Notes: a model not told the origin generated them from the sequence alone. DNA of 64,000 nt from Candidatus Spongiisociaceae bacterium (GCA_965262915.1 OZ253564.1:4576001-4640000); one strand, 5' to 3'; positions 40,477 to 50,824 are shown, numbered from the stretch's first letter. Program-made: numbers and translations.

Positions 40477-40722
40477 GTGGACTATGACGACTCGTGGCAT
40501 CTGCACGCTCGGTGCCGGAAGAATTACTCGCACCTTTTCTTCCCTCCCAGCACCTTCGAACGGAAGGACGACCGCGAGAGGAGGGAAATCCGGGCTCGGG
40601 CTGTCTGCGGGGCGTGTTCGGTGCGGAACGAATGCCTCGAATACGCGCTCCGCATCAGGGAACCATTCGGCATCTGGGGTGGCCACACGGAGTCGGAGCG
40701 GCGGGAACTCCTGGCGGTCTGA
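40477..40722 (+). CDS. WhiB family Fe-S transcriptional regulator
   Basis: ARC...FFP...AVC.ACSVR.ECLEYAL...GIWGG.TE.ER; GTG after GGAGG. Confidence 0.93.
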   Translation: MDYDDSWHLHARCRKNYSHLFFPPSTFERKDDRERREIRARAVCGACSVRNECLEYALRIREPFGIWGGHTESERRELLAV

Positions 40723-40748
40723 TCGGATCAGACCTGCGGGGGGTTGGC

Positions 40749-42560
40749 TCAGCCGGTCCGGGAGCCGACGGGGACCGGACCCACCGGCGAGCGCTCGTCA
40801 CCCATGCGCACGGTCGCCCCGCAGCGATCCATCCACTCCAGTAGAGGCACCGCGTACTTCCGGGTGAGCCCGATCGTGTCCCGGAAGGTCGCCACCGTGA
40901 AGCGGCCCGGTAGCTCGGCCAGGCGTTCCATCAGTGCCTCCAGTTGCTCCGGCAGGTAGACCAGGTCATCCGAGACCCGGATCAGGCGGTCCTCCCGAAG
41001 CAAGGCATGGAGCAACTCGGGCTCTATGGCCAGTTCCTTCACCCTGGGCACCATCGGCCCGTCGGTCTCGAGCGCATCCCGGATGCGGCGCCATTCCCGC
41101 TCGTCCGCGTCGCTCAGCTTCACGACGAAGCCCTCCAACATCACCGTCGACCCGCGCTGCTCCAGGTCATGGGCGGTACGGAGCACCGCGGCCAGGGTCT
41201 CGAGGCCGACCTCGAGGCGGCTGGCGAGGCTCGCCTTGGGAATCCCGGGCCGGAGGGGGTTATCGGCATGGAACCCGGCGGTTAGCAGGCGTGCCCGGTC
41301 GGCCAGGCCGGCTACGTGGCCCTGTGCCATGAGCGTGCCGCCGATCGACACCGCCCGGGGCGGGGTCCCTCCTCCGGAGTGGGCGCTGAGGACCGCCGCC
41401 TCTTCTACCCCCCGCCACTCGAGCAGGCCGGCGGCTCGCTGCGAGACGCCCCGATCGAGCGCCCGGTGAAGTCGGGCGGCCGCCCGCCTCGCATCCCGGC
41501 CTTTGCGCGGTGCGATCGGTTCGATGATCCTCCCCCCGGCCACGATAAGGCGCCTGCCAACATCGCGCAGCACGAACCGGTCACCCATCTGCACCGGGAT
41601 CGTTCTAGCCGGTCGGAGCACCGCCACCGCCTCGTCTCCTAGCGATCCGGCGGTCACGAGGCGCACCGGCCAGGCCCCGCTACCCATGTGCAGTTGGTAG
41701 GCGCCCCTCTTGGAGAGGGGACGTTCGACGTAACGGGCCAACCGGACCGTCGCCAGGAAACGGCCGCTCGGAACCCACTCGCCCGGTCTTCCGAGCATCG
41801 ATCCTCTCGCCACCTTGCTCCGGTCCAGCCCGGCGATCCCGGCAGCCGCCCTGGTCCCGGCCGGGATGGTTCTCCGTTCCGCTTCGTGAGCCTGGAGAGA
41901 GCGCACCCTTCCTTCGAGGGCTCCGGGAAACACCTCGACCCGGTCGCCCACCGAGAGGGGGCCCCCCACCAGGGTTCCGGTCACGACCGTACCGGCCCCC
42001 GACACCGGGAAGACCCGATCGACCCAGAGCCGGCTGCGACCTGACACATCGACCGGCGCACCGGCGAGTACCCTCGCCAGTACGGCTCGGAGATCGGCGA
42101 GCCCTTCTCCCGTAACCGCCGACACCGGGACTATGGGGCAATCCTCCAGGGCTGTGCCGGCCAACCGTTCCTCTGTCTCGAGCGTGGCCAGCTCGATCAG
42201 GTCGGCGTCGGCCCGATCTATCTTGGTGATCGCCACCAGACCGTGACGGATCCGGAGCAGATCGAGCACGGCCAGATGTTCCTCCGACTGCGGCATCCAC
42301 CCTTCGTCGGCCGCCACGACCAGGAGCGCCACGTCGAACCCTCCGGTACCCGCCAGCATGTTCTTGATGAACCGTTCGTGGCCCGGCACGTCCACGAACG
42401 AGACCTCCTGGCCGTCGAGCGTGGTCCATGCAAAACCGAGGTCGATGGTGAGACCACGCTCCTTCTCCTCCCGCCAGCGGTCCGGGTCGCGACCGGTGAG
42501 AGCCTGGACCAGGGTGGACTTGCCGTGGTCTACGTGACCACCGGTACCTACGACCGGCAT
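40749..42560 (-). CDS. selB: Selenocysteine-specific elongation factor
   Basis: GHVDHGKS, EKERGLTIDLGF, DVPGHERF, C-terminal RKYAVPLLE winged helix. Confidence 0.95.
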   Translation of the reverse strand: MPVVGTGGHVDHGKSTLVQALTGRDPDRWREEKERGLTIDLGFAWTTLDGQEVSFVDVPGHERFIKNMLAGTGGFDVALLVVAADEGWMPQSEEHLAVLDLLRIRHGLVAITKIDRADADLIELATLETEERLAGTALEDCPIVPVSAVTGEGLADLRAVLARVLAGAPVDVSGRSRLWVDRVFPVSGAGTVVTGTLVGGPLSVGDRVEVFPGALEGRVRSLQAHEAERRTIPAGTRAAAGIAGLDRSKVARGSMLGRPGEWVPSGRFLATVRLARYVERPLSKRGAYQLHMGSGAWPVRLVTAGSLGDEAVAVLRPARTIPVQMGDRFVLRDVGRRLIVAGGRIIEPIAPRKGRDARRAAARLHRALDRGVSQRAAGLLEWRGVEEAAVLSAHSGGGTPPRAVSIGGTLMAQGHVAGLADRARLLTAGFHADNPLRPGIPKASLASRLEVGLETLAAVLRTAHDLEQRGSTVMLEGFVVKLSDADEREWRRIRDALETDGPMVPRVKELAIEPELLHALLREDRLIRVSDDLVYLPEQLEALMERLAELPGRFTVATFRDTIGLTRKYAVPLLEWMDRCGATVRMGDERSPVGPVPVGSRTG

Positions 42561-43903
42561 GCAGCCCGCAGTGACTCGGCCAGTTGACGGTCGTCGTCCT
42601 CATGCACAGCCCTCACGTCGACGAGCAGGTCACCGGCTGATCGGCGGGTGACGACCGCCGGATCGGTCCTGAGCAGTACCGGCCACAGATCTTCGCCCCT
42701 CCCCTCGAGGACCAGCACCGGCGACGGTACGGTCATGCCGGGCACCGATCCTGCTCCGATCATCGCCTCGGAGGTCTGCACCGCCGGGGGGAGCCCCGCA
42801 TCACCTGCAATCCCCTCCAGCCGGCGAGCGAGGTCCTCGACGGGCCGGGTGACCATGCGCCAGAAGGGGATCTCCCCACCCCTCCCCTCCGCATACAACT
42901 CGGCGGTCCGGCCGAGCGCCGCGATGGTCGAACCGTCGACCCGCACCGCCCTCGCCACCGGACTGGCCGCCAGGCGGGCCACCAGATCTGCACGGCCCAC
43001 GATCACCCCCGCCTGACATCCTCCCATCAGCTTGTCGCCGGAGAAGGTGACCAGATCCGCTCCCCGGGCCAGCACCTGCCGCACACCCGGCTCATCGCCT
43101 ATCCATGCCGGCGGCGGACCGTCCAGCCACGGAACCCCGGTATCGAGAAGGCCGCTCCCCACGTCGAATACCACCGGCAGGCCCCGACGGCTCCCCAGCT
43201 CCACCAGCTCTTCGAGATCCGCTTCCTCCGAGAACCCCACCACCCGGTAGTTCGAGGGGTGGACCTTGAGTAACATCCGGGAATCGGACCCGAGCGCTCG
43301 CTCGTAGTCGGCGACACGCGTGCGGTTGGTGGTTCCGACCTCGACCAGACGGGCTCCGGAAGCGGCCATGAGGTCCGGCAGGCGGTACGACCCCCCGATT
43401 TCGATCAGCTCGCCCCGGGACACGGGCACCGATCCGCCCGTCGCGAGAGTGTGGAGGACCAGGAACAGGGCCGCGGCGTTGTTGTTCACCACCAAGGCGG
43501 CCTCGGCGCCGGTCAGCCGGCTCAGGAGGCGGGACAGGTAGGCGCCTCTCGATCCCCGCCGTCCCACCGTGAGGTCGAACTCGAGGTTGCCGTAGCGCAG
43601 CGCCGCGCGGCGGGCTTCCGAGGCAGCCTCGGGATGGAGCAGCGCCCTACCGAGGTTGGTGTGGAGCACCACCCCGGTGGCGTTGATCACCCGCCTGATC
43701 CTTCCCCGCAACAGGCGCTCGGCTTCCCGGTACGCCATGGCTGCCGGGTCCAGGTACTTGCCCTCCAAGGCCGCCGACCGGGCGGTCTCGATGCTCCCGC
43801 GCGCCAACTCCACGGCCAGCACCGCCGGGAGCCCTGCGGCCACCCCGGACATGAGCTGTCCCGCCAGGGCATCGACGGAAGGCAGACGGCGCAGGTAGTT
43901 CAT
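42548..43903 (-). CDS. selA: L-seryl-tRNA(Sec) selenium transferase
   Basis: INATGVVLHTNLGRA, VNNNAAA, EVGTTNRT, FSGDKL. Confidence 0.96.
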   Translation of the reverse strand: MNYLRRLPSVDALAGQLMSGVAAGLPAVLAVELARGSIETARSAALEGKYLDPAAMAYREAERLLRGRIRRVINATGVVLHTNLGRALLHPEAASEARRAALRYGNLEFDLTVGRRGSRGAYLSRLLSRLTGAEAALVVNNNAAALFLVLHTLATGGSVPVSRGELIEIGGSYRLPDLMAASGARLVEVGTTNRTRVADYERALGSDSRMLLKVHPSNYRVVGFSEEADLEELVELGSRRGLPVVFDVGSGLLDTGVPWLDGPPPAWIGDEPGVRQVLARGADLVTFSGDKLMGGCQAGVIVGRADLVARLAASPVARAVRVDGSTIAALGRTAELYAEGRGGEIPFWRMVTRPVEDLARRLEGIAGDAGLPPAVQTSEAMIGAGSVPGMTVPSPVLVLEGRGEDLWPVLLRTDPAVVTRRSAGDLLVDVRAVHEDDDRQLAESLRAACRS

Positions 43904-43936
43904 CGAATAATGATACCGGCTGGATAAGCTGGCCCT

Positions 43937-44311
43937 ATGGGTGCCTTATTGGGTGTTACGTTCCTCACGGTCCCGATCCTCGAGCTGCTGGTCTTCATCT
44001 ATTTCGAAGATCGGATCGGCCTCGCCGGGCTCCTGCTCGGGATAGTGATCACAGCCGTGCTGGGCGCGTTTCTCGTGAGGCACCAGGGACTCGCGGTGTG
44101 GCTTCGCATGAGGGAAGACCTGATGGCCGGGCTGATGCCGGGCCGCCAACTGGTGCATGGAGCCTTGGTGCTGGTCGGAGGCGCGCTGCTGCTCACCCCC
44201 GGATTCCTGACCGACGCGGTGGGATTCGCCCTGATGATCCCCCTGGTGAGGGAGGCCCTGCGCCGAGTAGGATCGCGGTTCTTCCGGCGCCGCATCATCA
44301 TCATCGAGTGA
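43937..44311 (+). CDS. fxsA: FxsA family membrane protein
   Basis: P..EL, GG.LLLTPGFLTD..G. Confidence 0.9.
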   Translation: MGALLGVTFLTVPILELLVFIYFEDRIGLAGLLLGIVITAVLGAFLVRHQGLAVWLRMREDLMAGLMPGRQLVHGALVLVGGALLLTPGFLTDAVGFALMIPLVREALRRVGSRFFRRRIIIIE

Positions 44312-44473
44312 AAACCGGTCGATGATCTCCCGGGGTGTCCCGAACAGGCTGCACAGACCGGAACGATCACCGCTCGCAGGAGCCGGGTCCGATGCGAGCA
44401 TCCTGGCCGGGCCCGGAACGGGGGGCTTGGTTTCGGCGGAACGGGTACGCCAGCCTCTCGCCAGGCGGGTTCC

Positions 44474-45286
44474 GTGACTACGATCAAGCGGCTGCTGGCG
44501 CCCAATCCGGGGCTGCTGACCGGCCCCGGAACCAATACCTACGTGATCGTCTCCGAGGAGGAGTGCGTGGTGATCGACCCGGGACCGATCGACCGGTCCC
44601 ACCGAGCGGCGATCAAGCATGCGCTCGGGGGACTCCAGCCCCGGGCAGTGGTCGTGACCCACACCCACTCCGACCACGCCCCCTTGGCCAACCCGCTCGC
44701 CGCCGAGCTCGGTGTTCGGTCCTACGGGTACGCGGCGGGTCCCGATTTCGATCCGGACCGCCGGTTACAGGACGGCGACCGGCTGCGCTTCGGCCGCGCC
44801 TCCCTCGACGTCTTGTACACCCCCGGACACTCCGATGACCACCTGTGCTTTCGTCTGGGCGAGAGCCTTTTCACAGGAGATCACATCATGGGGGGCTCCA
44901 CCGTGATGGTCCAGGACATGTCGAGCTACTTCCGATCCTTGGAGAAGGTGAGGGAGGCCCGACCGTCCAGGCTGTTGCCCGGGCACGGCGAAGTGATGGA
45001 CCGCCCAGAGCAGGTGATCGCCGAGTACCTGGATCACCGGATGGCCCGGGAAGGCCAGATCCTCCAGGCTGTGCGTGACGGTGCGGGAACCGTCGGCGCC
45101 GTGGTCACGTCGGTGTACCACGAGGTCGATCCGCTCCTCCACCCGGCGGCGGCCGTCTCGGTGCTCGCCCACCTGCGCAAACTGGGCAACGAGGGGAGGG
45201 TGGATCTGGGAGCCGCCCGGCCCGGCCCTGCCGAACCGCCCCGGGTGTGGGACCTCGGCGTCACGTGGAAAGAGGCCGTCCGGTGA
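44474..45286 (+). CDS. MBL-fold metallo-hydrolase (LACTB2-like)
   Basis: APNPG..TGPGTNTY, THTHSDH, TPGHS.DH, PGHG. Confidence 0.9.
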   Translation: MTTIKRLLAPNPGLLTGPGTNTYVIVSEEECVVIDPGPIDRSHRAAIKHALGGLQPRAVVVTHTHSDHAPLANPLAAELGVRSYGYAAGPDFDPDRRLQDGDRLRFGRASLDVLYTPGHSDDHLCFRLGESLFTGDHIMGGSTVMVQDMSSYFRSLEKVREARPSRLLPGHGEVMDRPEQVIAEYLDHRMAREGQILQAVRDGAGTVGAVVTSVYHEVDPLLHPAAAVSVLAHLRKLGNEGRVDLGAARPGPAEPPRVWDLGVTWKEAVR

Positions 45287-46608
45287 GAGGGTGGCGGCTC
45301 GCCCTGGTATTGCTTGCCGTGATCGGATTCTGGATCCCGGCCGTGGGCCAGACCGGCGATGACGAGCTGCGCCGGGTCCGGGCCGAACTCGATCGTCTCC
45401 GGGAGGAGTCGCTGGAACTGGGAGCGGAATACCAGGCGGCGTGGGAAGCCGATGTGGAACTGAAGGCCCGCATCGCGGTACTCGAAACGTCAATCGCTGC
45501 CTACGGCGTCGATCTCCGCCGGCTGCGGGAGCAGATCCGCGAGCGGGCAGTCGAGCTCTACATGAACAGCGCGGCCGGGAGCGATCTGGCTTCCCTGTTC
45601 ATCTCCGCATCGCCCACCGACATCGATACCCGCTCGGAGTACCTGCACGACATCCGGCGGCGGGACCAGGCGATGTTCAACGGCTTGGAGATCCTCACCC
45701 GCCAGCTCGAAGCCGCCACCGAAGAGCTGCGCCGGGACAAGGAGGATCAGGAATCCACACTCGCCCGTCTCGATACAGTTGCCGCCAACCTCAACAGGCG
45801 ACTCGAGGAAGGCCAGGCGACCTTCCTGCTGCTCGAGCAGCGGCAGGAGGAGGAACGAGCCAGGCTCGAAGCCGAAGAGCGAGCCAGGGTCGAAGCGGAG
45901 GCACGGGCCAAGGCCGAAGCGGAGGCACGGGCCAGAGAGGAAGCAGAGGAAGAAGCGAGACTCGAAGCCGAGGAACAGGCGAGGGCGGAGGAGGAAGAAG
46001 CAGAGGAACAGGCCCGCGCAGAGGAGGAGGCGCAGGCGACTACCAGCGCCTCCCCCACCACCCAACCCGCGCCGACCACCCCTCCCACCACCGAGGAGGT
46101 CACCACCACCACCGAAGCGGTCGATGTGACCGACACCACGTTCGTCCCGACGACCCTCGTCTCGTCCGATGGCGGCGAGGGCGGTCCGGAGAGGATGACC
46201 TGCCCGGTGGCCGGCTTCAACACCTTCAGCGATACATGGGGAGCCGCCCGCTCGGGTGGGCGGCGGCACAGTGGGGTGGACGTGATGGCAGCCCGGGGAA
46301 CTCCGGTGGTAGCGGTGGAGGATGGTGTGATCAGACGGATGCGAAACGGCGGCCTGGGCGGTATAACGGTGTGGCTGGTGGGTGACAGCGGAGACGAGTA
46401 CTACTACGCCCACCTGGATGGATGGGCACCGGGGCTGTCCGCCGGCCAGGAGGTCACAATCGGCCAGGCGCTCGGCACGGTCGGCACCACCGGAAACTCA
46501 CCGGAGCACATCCCTCACCTGCACTGGGAATACCACCCCGGTGGGTACCGCCCCGGCGCCGGCACCGCCGTCAACCCCACACCCCTCGCCCGCCGGCTTT
46601 GCGGGTGA
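45283..46608 (+). CDS. Coiled-coil M23 family peptidoglycan endopeptidase
   Basis: Signal peptide, E/A/R-rich coiled coil, HSGVD, YYAHL, HLHWE. Confidence 0.9.
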   Translation: MRGWRLALVLLAVIGFWIPAVGQTGDDELRRVRAELDRLREESLELGAEYQAAWEADVELKARIAVLETSIAAYGVDLRRLREQIRERAVELYMNSAAGSDLASLFISASPTDIDTRSEYLHDIRRRDQAMFNGLEILTRQLEAATEELRRDKEDQESTLARLDTVAANLNRRLEEGQATFLLLEQRQEEERARLEAEERARVEAEARAKAEAEARAREEAEEEARLEAEEQARAEEEEAEEQARAEEEAQATTSASPTTQPAPTTPPTTEEVTTTTEAVDVTDTTFVPTTLVSSDGGEGGPERMTCPVAGFNTFSDTWGAARSGGRRHSGVDVMAARGTPVVAVEDGVIRRMRNGGLGGITVWLVGDSGDEYYYAHLDGWAPGLSAGQEVTIGQALGTVGTTGNSPEHIPHLHWEYHPGGYRPGAGTAVNPTPLARRLCG

Positions 46609-46682
46609 CGCGGCCGGCCGGGGTTACCCGTGGTCAGGGGCCGACCCAACCACCGATCGGGATTATCGACCGAGGCCACCGG

Positions 46683-47825
46683 TCAGCCCCCACCGATAGC
46701 CGCCAGCAGTTTCGCGATCCGGCCCGTACACGTCTCGGCGTCGGCCGGGGGTACGAGCTCGACCAGCCGGCGGGCGGCGTCCATGAACAGCCGGGCGGCG
46801 GGCCGTTCCGGCCGGGCGATCACCACCGGCTCCCCCACATCGGCCCCCGCGCCGAGTGCCGGATCCAGCGGGATACGTCCGATCAGCGGGATGCCGAGGG
46901 AGTCGGCCAGTTCCCGACCGCCGCCCCGGCCGAACAACTCGAAGCGCCGGCCCTCGGGGGTCTCGAAGTAGGACATGTTCTCGATCACCCCCACCACCGG
47001 CATCGCCGAGCGCCGGGCCATGTCGGCCACCCGGATGGCAACCTTCTGGGCATTCTTGGGGGGTGTGGTGACCACCACCATCTCCGCCTGGGGAAGCATG
47101 CGGGAGAGCGCCATCTGTATGTCGCCGGTTCCGGGCGGCATGTCGATCACCAGGTAATCGAGTTCCCGCCAATCCACCTGCTGCAGGAACTGCTCCAGCG
47201 CTTTGGACAGCATGAGGCCGCGCCACATGAGGGCGGTCTCCTCGGACTCGACGATCAGCCCGGTCGACACGACTTGGATCCCGTGTACGGCGACCGGCTG
47301 CATGAGCCTGGTGTCGGGGTCGGCCTCGATACGGGCGTTGGCACCCAGCATCCTCGGGATCGAGAACCCCCAAATGTCGGCGTCGAGAAGGCCCACCCGG
47401 TACCCGAGCCGGTGGATAGCCAACGCCAGGTTGACCGACACCGAACTCTTGCCCACGCCGCCTTTCCCGCTGCCCACCGCGATCGCCCTCGTGGTGGGCG
47501 CCACCCGGGTGGGCGAGGCGTTCTCCCTGGCACGCCGGCGGGCGACATTCATGAGTTCGGCCCGTTGCGCCTTGGTCATCGCCCTCGTCTCCACCGATAC
47601 CTGCTCCACCCCCGGTATGGCCTTGATCTTGCGTATCGTGTCGGTCTCTATCTGGGACCGCATCGGACACTCGGCGATGGTCAGGGCCAGTCCCACGGTG
47701 ACGAGCCCACCGTCGATCGTCACCTCGCGGACCATCCCGAGGTCGACCACATCGGACCCGAGTTCGGGATCGAATACGCCTCTAAGGGCCTCGATGATCC
47801 GGTCTTCGGCAAGTGGTTCGGGCAT
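46683..47825 (-). CDS. mrp: Mrp/ApbC Fe-S carrier ATPase with N-terminal DUF59
   Basis: V.DPEL..V.LGMV, SGKGGVGKSS, DMPPGTGD, ENMS. Confidence 0.93.
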   Translation of the reverse strand: MPEPLAEDRIIEALRGVFDPELGSDVVDLGMVREVTIDGGLVTVGLALTIAECPMRSQIETDTIRKIKAIPGVEQVSVETRAMTKAQRAELMNVARRRARENASPTRVAPTTRAIAVGSGKGGVGKSSVSVNLALAIHRLGYRVGLLDADIWGFSIPRMLGANARIEADPDTRLMQPVAVHGIQVVSTGLIVESEETALMWRGLMLSKALEQFLQQVDWRELDYLVIDMPPGTGDIQMALSRMLPQAEMVVVTTPPKNAQKVAIRVADMARRSAMPVVGVIENMSYFETPEGRRFELFGRGGGRELADSLGIPLIGRIPLDPALGAGADVGEPVVIARPERPAARLFMDAARRLVELVPPADAETCTGRIAKLLAAIGGG

Positions 47826-48005
47826 GGCTCCGGGATCCGGCCTGTGGAGTCCCACCTTATCGTCGGGCGGTGGCTGCGCGGAAACCGGAACTCGAGAGGC
47901 ACGTCCGATTCGTGATACGGGTCGGACACAGCGATCCGACCTCGGTATAGTGGGACGGTCGGATTCGCACATCGAGGGGCCCCAGGCCAAACGGAGATCG
48001 GTGAG

Positions 48006-48368
48006 ATGGAACAGTTCGTGAAGATCAGCACACGGAAGCCGGAGCCAGCGGTTACCTTGACGCAGGGCGCGGTATCGAAGGTCCGCCAACTGCTGATCGG
48101 GGAAGACGACTCGTCTCTGGCCCTGCGCATGGCGGTGCGGCCCGGAGGGTGCTCCGGCTTCTCCTACGAGATGTACTTCGACTCCGAGGTCGGTCCCGGC
48201 GACACCGTCGAGGATTTCGACGGTGTCGGGGTCGTGGTGGACGACCAGAGCGTCGAACTGCTCCGTGGGGCGGTCCTCGACTACCAGGACGGGTTGATGG
48301 AAGCGGGGTTCGCCATCAACAACCCCAACGTCAGCCGGTCCTGCGGATGCGGTAACAGCTTTAGTTAG
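48006..48368 (+). CDS. HesB/IscA Fe-S assembly accessory protein
   Basis: GGCSGFSY, NPN...SCGCGNSF. Confidence 0.95.
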   Translation: MEQFVKISTRKPEPAVTLTQGAVSKVRQLLIGEDDSSLALRMAVRPGGCSGFSYEMYFDSEVGPGDTVEDFDGVGVVVDDQSVELLRGAVLDYQDGLMEAGFAINNPNVSRSCGCGNSFS

Positions 48369-48477
48369 GTGCCAGGTGCCGGTGGCCGGTCGCCGGTGAC
48401 CAGGTCATACCACGCTGTCTACCTAGCGCCCTGCGTTAGTTAACACCACCCACGGACCACGGACGACCGGCAACCGG
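48369..48477. repeat. Pair of inverted heptamer arrays around a short spacer
   Basis: CGGTGGC CGGTCGC CGGTGAC ... CCACGGA CCACGGA CGACCGG CAACCGG. Confidence 0.65.
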
Positions 48478-48507
48478 GTAGCCTCGCCTGTGGAAACAGG
48501 AGGCAAG

Positions 48508-48918
48508 ATGGCAAAGCGAATCCTCGAAACCCCCAGCGCTCCCCCCGCACTCGGTCCGTACTCGGTGGCGGTCGAGACCGGAGGTCTCGTCTTCTTCTCG
48601 GGGCAGGTTGCTCTCATACCCGAGGGCGGACGGGAGGACGGGGACATCGGCGAACAGACCCGGCGGGTCATGGACAACATCGGCGCCATACTGGCCGATG
48701 TCGGGCTCGACTACGCGGACATCGTGAAGACCACCATCTTCATGGCCGACATTGCCGACTACCCCGAGATAAACCGTGTCTACGCCGGCTATTTCGTCGG
48801 CGATCCCCCGGCTCGCTCGGCCGTGCAGGCCGCGGCCCTTCCCGGAGGCTTCGCGGTCGAGATAGAGGTGGTGGCTGCCAGGACCGGCCTTCCGGGCGGG
48901 GGAATCGGGTTTTCGTGA
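48508..48918 (+). CDS. RidA/YjgF family deaminase
   Basis: APPALGPYS, SGQV, PARSAV...LP...VEIE. Confidence 0.93.
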   Translation: MAKRILETPSAPPALGPYSVAVETGGLVFFSGQVALIPEGGREDGDIGEQTRRVMDNIGAILADVGLDYADIVKTTIFMADIADYPEINRVYAGYFVGDPPARSAVQAAALPGGFAVEIEVVAARTGLPGGGIGFS

Positions 48919-49640
48919 GCACCGCTCCCGGCTCCGGCGCCGGACCGCCGCGTCCGGTGGCCCGCGAATCCGGCCGGGACGAGGCCCGGGGTCACATTCC
49001 CCTCAACTCCTACTACGAGAGCGGTACGCCCGCCGCGTGGAACGAGCGGTACTCGACGCGCGGGATGGTGTGGGGAACCGACGCCAACCAGTTCGTCGCC
49101 ACCTTCGCCGCCGACCTGAGCCCCCGCCGGGTCCTCGATCTGGGATGCGGCCAGGGCCGCAACTCGGTGTGGCTGGCACGGCGGGGACACACCGTCACCG
49201 GAGTCGACCAGTCCGATGTAGCCATCGCCCAGGCACGACGCTTGGCCGCCGACAACGGGGTTCGGGTGGAGTTCGCACTCGCGGACATAGTGGAGGACTG
49301 GACTCCGCCGCCCGCTGCCTTCGACCTAGTGATCCTGTCGTACCTGCAGCTGCCGGCGGAGACCCGCAAGGTCGCCCACGCCAAGGCGGCAACGGCTCTG
49401 GCCCCTGGTGGGACCATCTTCCTCATAGCCCACCATGCCGACAACCCGGAACACGGAGTAGGTGGACCACCCCATCCCGAGGTTCTGTTCGACGAAACCG
49501 ACCTCGCCGGCGACTTCGCGGGCCTCGCCATATCCGTCAACGAGAAGAAGTACCGCGAAGTGGAGGGACAGGATGGCGTGGTCCGGCTGGCGCACGACAT
49601 CCTGCTGGAGGCGGTCAAACCGTCGCTAGGAGGGTGCTGA
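48915..49640 (+). CDS. Class I SAM-dependent methyltransferase
   Basis: WNERY, VLDLGCGQGRN..WLA..G..VTGVD. Confidence 0.88.
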   Translation: MSTAPGSGAGPPRPVARESGRDEARGHIPLNSYYESGTPAAWNERYSTRGMVWGTDANQFVATFAADLSPRRVLDLGCGQGRNSVWLARRGHTVTGVDQSDVAIAQARRLAADNGVRVEFALADIVEDWTPPPAAFDLVILSYLQLPAETRKVAHAKAATALAPGGTIFLIAHHADNPEHGVGGPPHPEVLFDETDLAGDFAGLAISVNEKKYREVEGQDGVVRLAHDILLEAVKPSLGGC

Positions 49641-49694
49641 TTGGGCGATTATGATTACGATTACTACCGTCCGTCCAGATGATCGGCACCCCCT
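49628..49694. mobile_element. Degenerate MITE-like element, AGGGTG-end group; overlaps the methyltransferase stop
   Basis: CTAGGAGGGTGCTGAT ... ATCGGCACCCCCT. Confidence 0.4.
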
Positions 49695-49775
49695 GCCGAG
49701 TATCATTGTGTGGGCGGCATCGTGTCGGCACCGAAGGCACCGATCACAGACCTGACCAATCAGGAGGAGCAAGAA

Positions 49776-50813
49776 ATGGCATACCGAGCCATGTACATCT
49801 GGATAGACGGAACCGAACCGACCCCCTTGCTCCGGTCCAAGACCAATGTCATCGCGGACGGTGACGAGCCAGGAATCTGGGGCTTTGACGGTTCGAGCAC
49901 CGCCCAGGCGCCGGGACATGATTCCGATGTCGTACTCAACCCGGTCAAGATCGTACCGGACCCCATCCGGGGCGGTAACGACATACTGGTCCTCTGCGAA
50001 TGCTTGACCACCGACATGGAGCCCCATCCGACGAATACCAGGGCTGCCTGTGTGGCTGCCGCCGAGAAGTACGCCGACTTCGAATCCTGGTTCGGTTTGG
50101 AACAGGAATACACCTTCATCCAAATGGAGGATGCTACCTCGTGGCAGGTTTCCGGGCTCCCGCCGGGATTCCCGCCGGGAGGCTATCCGGCCCCTCAGGG
50201 TCCCTACTACTGCGGGGTGGGCGCCAACAGAGCCTTCGGAAGGGCCGTGGCGGACGCCCATAGCCAAGCCTGCATCGACGCCGGCTTGGACATAGAAGGC
50301 ACCAACGCCGAGGTCATGGCCGGGCAGTGGGAATACCAGATAGGACCGCTACCCCCGGTGGAAATGTCCGACCAGCTGGTCATCGCCCGCTGGATGATGG
50401 ATCGGATCGCCGAAGACCACGGTATCGAGGTGAGTCTGCATCCCAAGCCGGTATTGGGCGACTGGAACGGCGCCGGATGCCACACGAATTTCTCGACGAA
50501 ACAGATGCGCGAGGGTGAGGACGCCTACGACGCCATCATCGCCGCCTGCGAGGCGCTGGGCACCAATGTCGCCGAGCACATCGCCAACTACGGCGCTGGC
50601 ATCGAGATGCGCCTGACCGGAGCTCACGAGACCCAGCGTTACGACCAGTTCAACTACGCGGTTCGGGACCGCGGTGCCTCGATACGTATCCCGTGGCAGG
50701 TCGAACGAGACCGGAGGGGCTATATCGAAGACCGCCGGCCCAACTCGAACTGCGATCCCTACACGGTGACCCGCCTCATCGTCGAGACCGTATGCGGAGC
50801 GGCCTCCGCCTGA
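49776..50813 (+). CDS. glnII: Glutamine synthetase type II
   Basis: YIWIDG...LRSKT, WGFDGSST.QA.G..SD, QGPYYCGVG, DWNGAGCHTNFST; AGGAGG RBS. Confidence 0.95.
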   Translation: MAYRAMYIWIDGTEPTPLLRSKTNVIADGDEPGIWGFDGSSTAQAPGHDSDVVLNPVKIVPDPIRGGNDILVLCECLTTDMEPHPTNTRAACVAAAEKYADFESWFGLEQEYTFIQMEDATSWQVSGLPPGFPPGGYPAPQGPYYCGVGANRAFGRAVADAHSQACIDAGLDIEGTNAEVMAGQWEYQIGPLPPVEMSDQLVIARWMMDRIAEDHGIEVSLHPKPVLGDWNGAGCHTNFSTKQMREGEDAYDAIIAACEALGTNVAEHIANYGAGIEMRLTGAHETQRYDQFNYAVRDRGASIRIPWQVERDRRGYIEDRRPNSNCDPYTVTRLIVETVCGAASA

Positions 50814-50824
50814 CAGACCCTGAT

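Noticed and set aside
45850-46140. EAEARA and Thr-rich repeats in the M23 gene
   Set aside because: Ordinary coiled-coil and linker low-complexity coding sequence
49626-49682. Methyltransferase ending GGC-TGA as a selenocysteine read-through
   Set aside because: The tail falls in a MITE-like terminus (CTAGGAGGGTGCTGA); read-through gives a short low-complexity peptide and no clear SECIS
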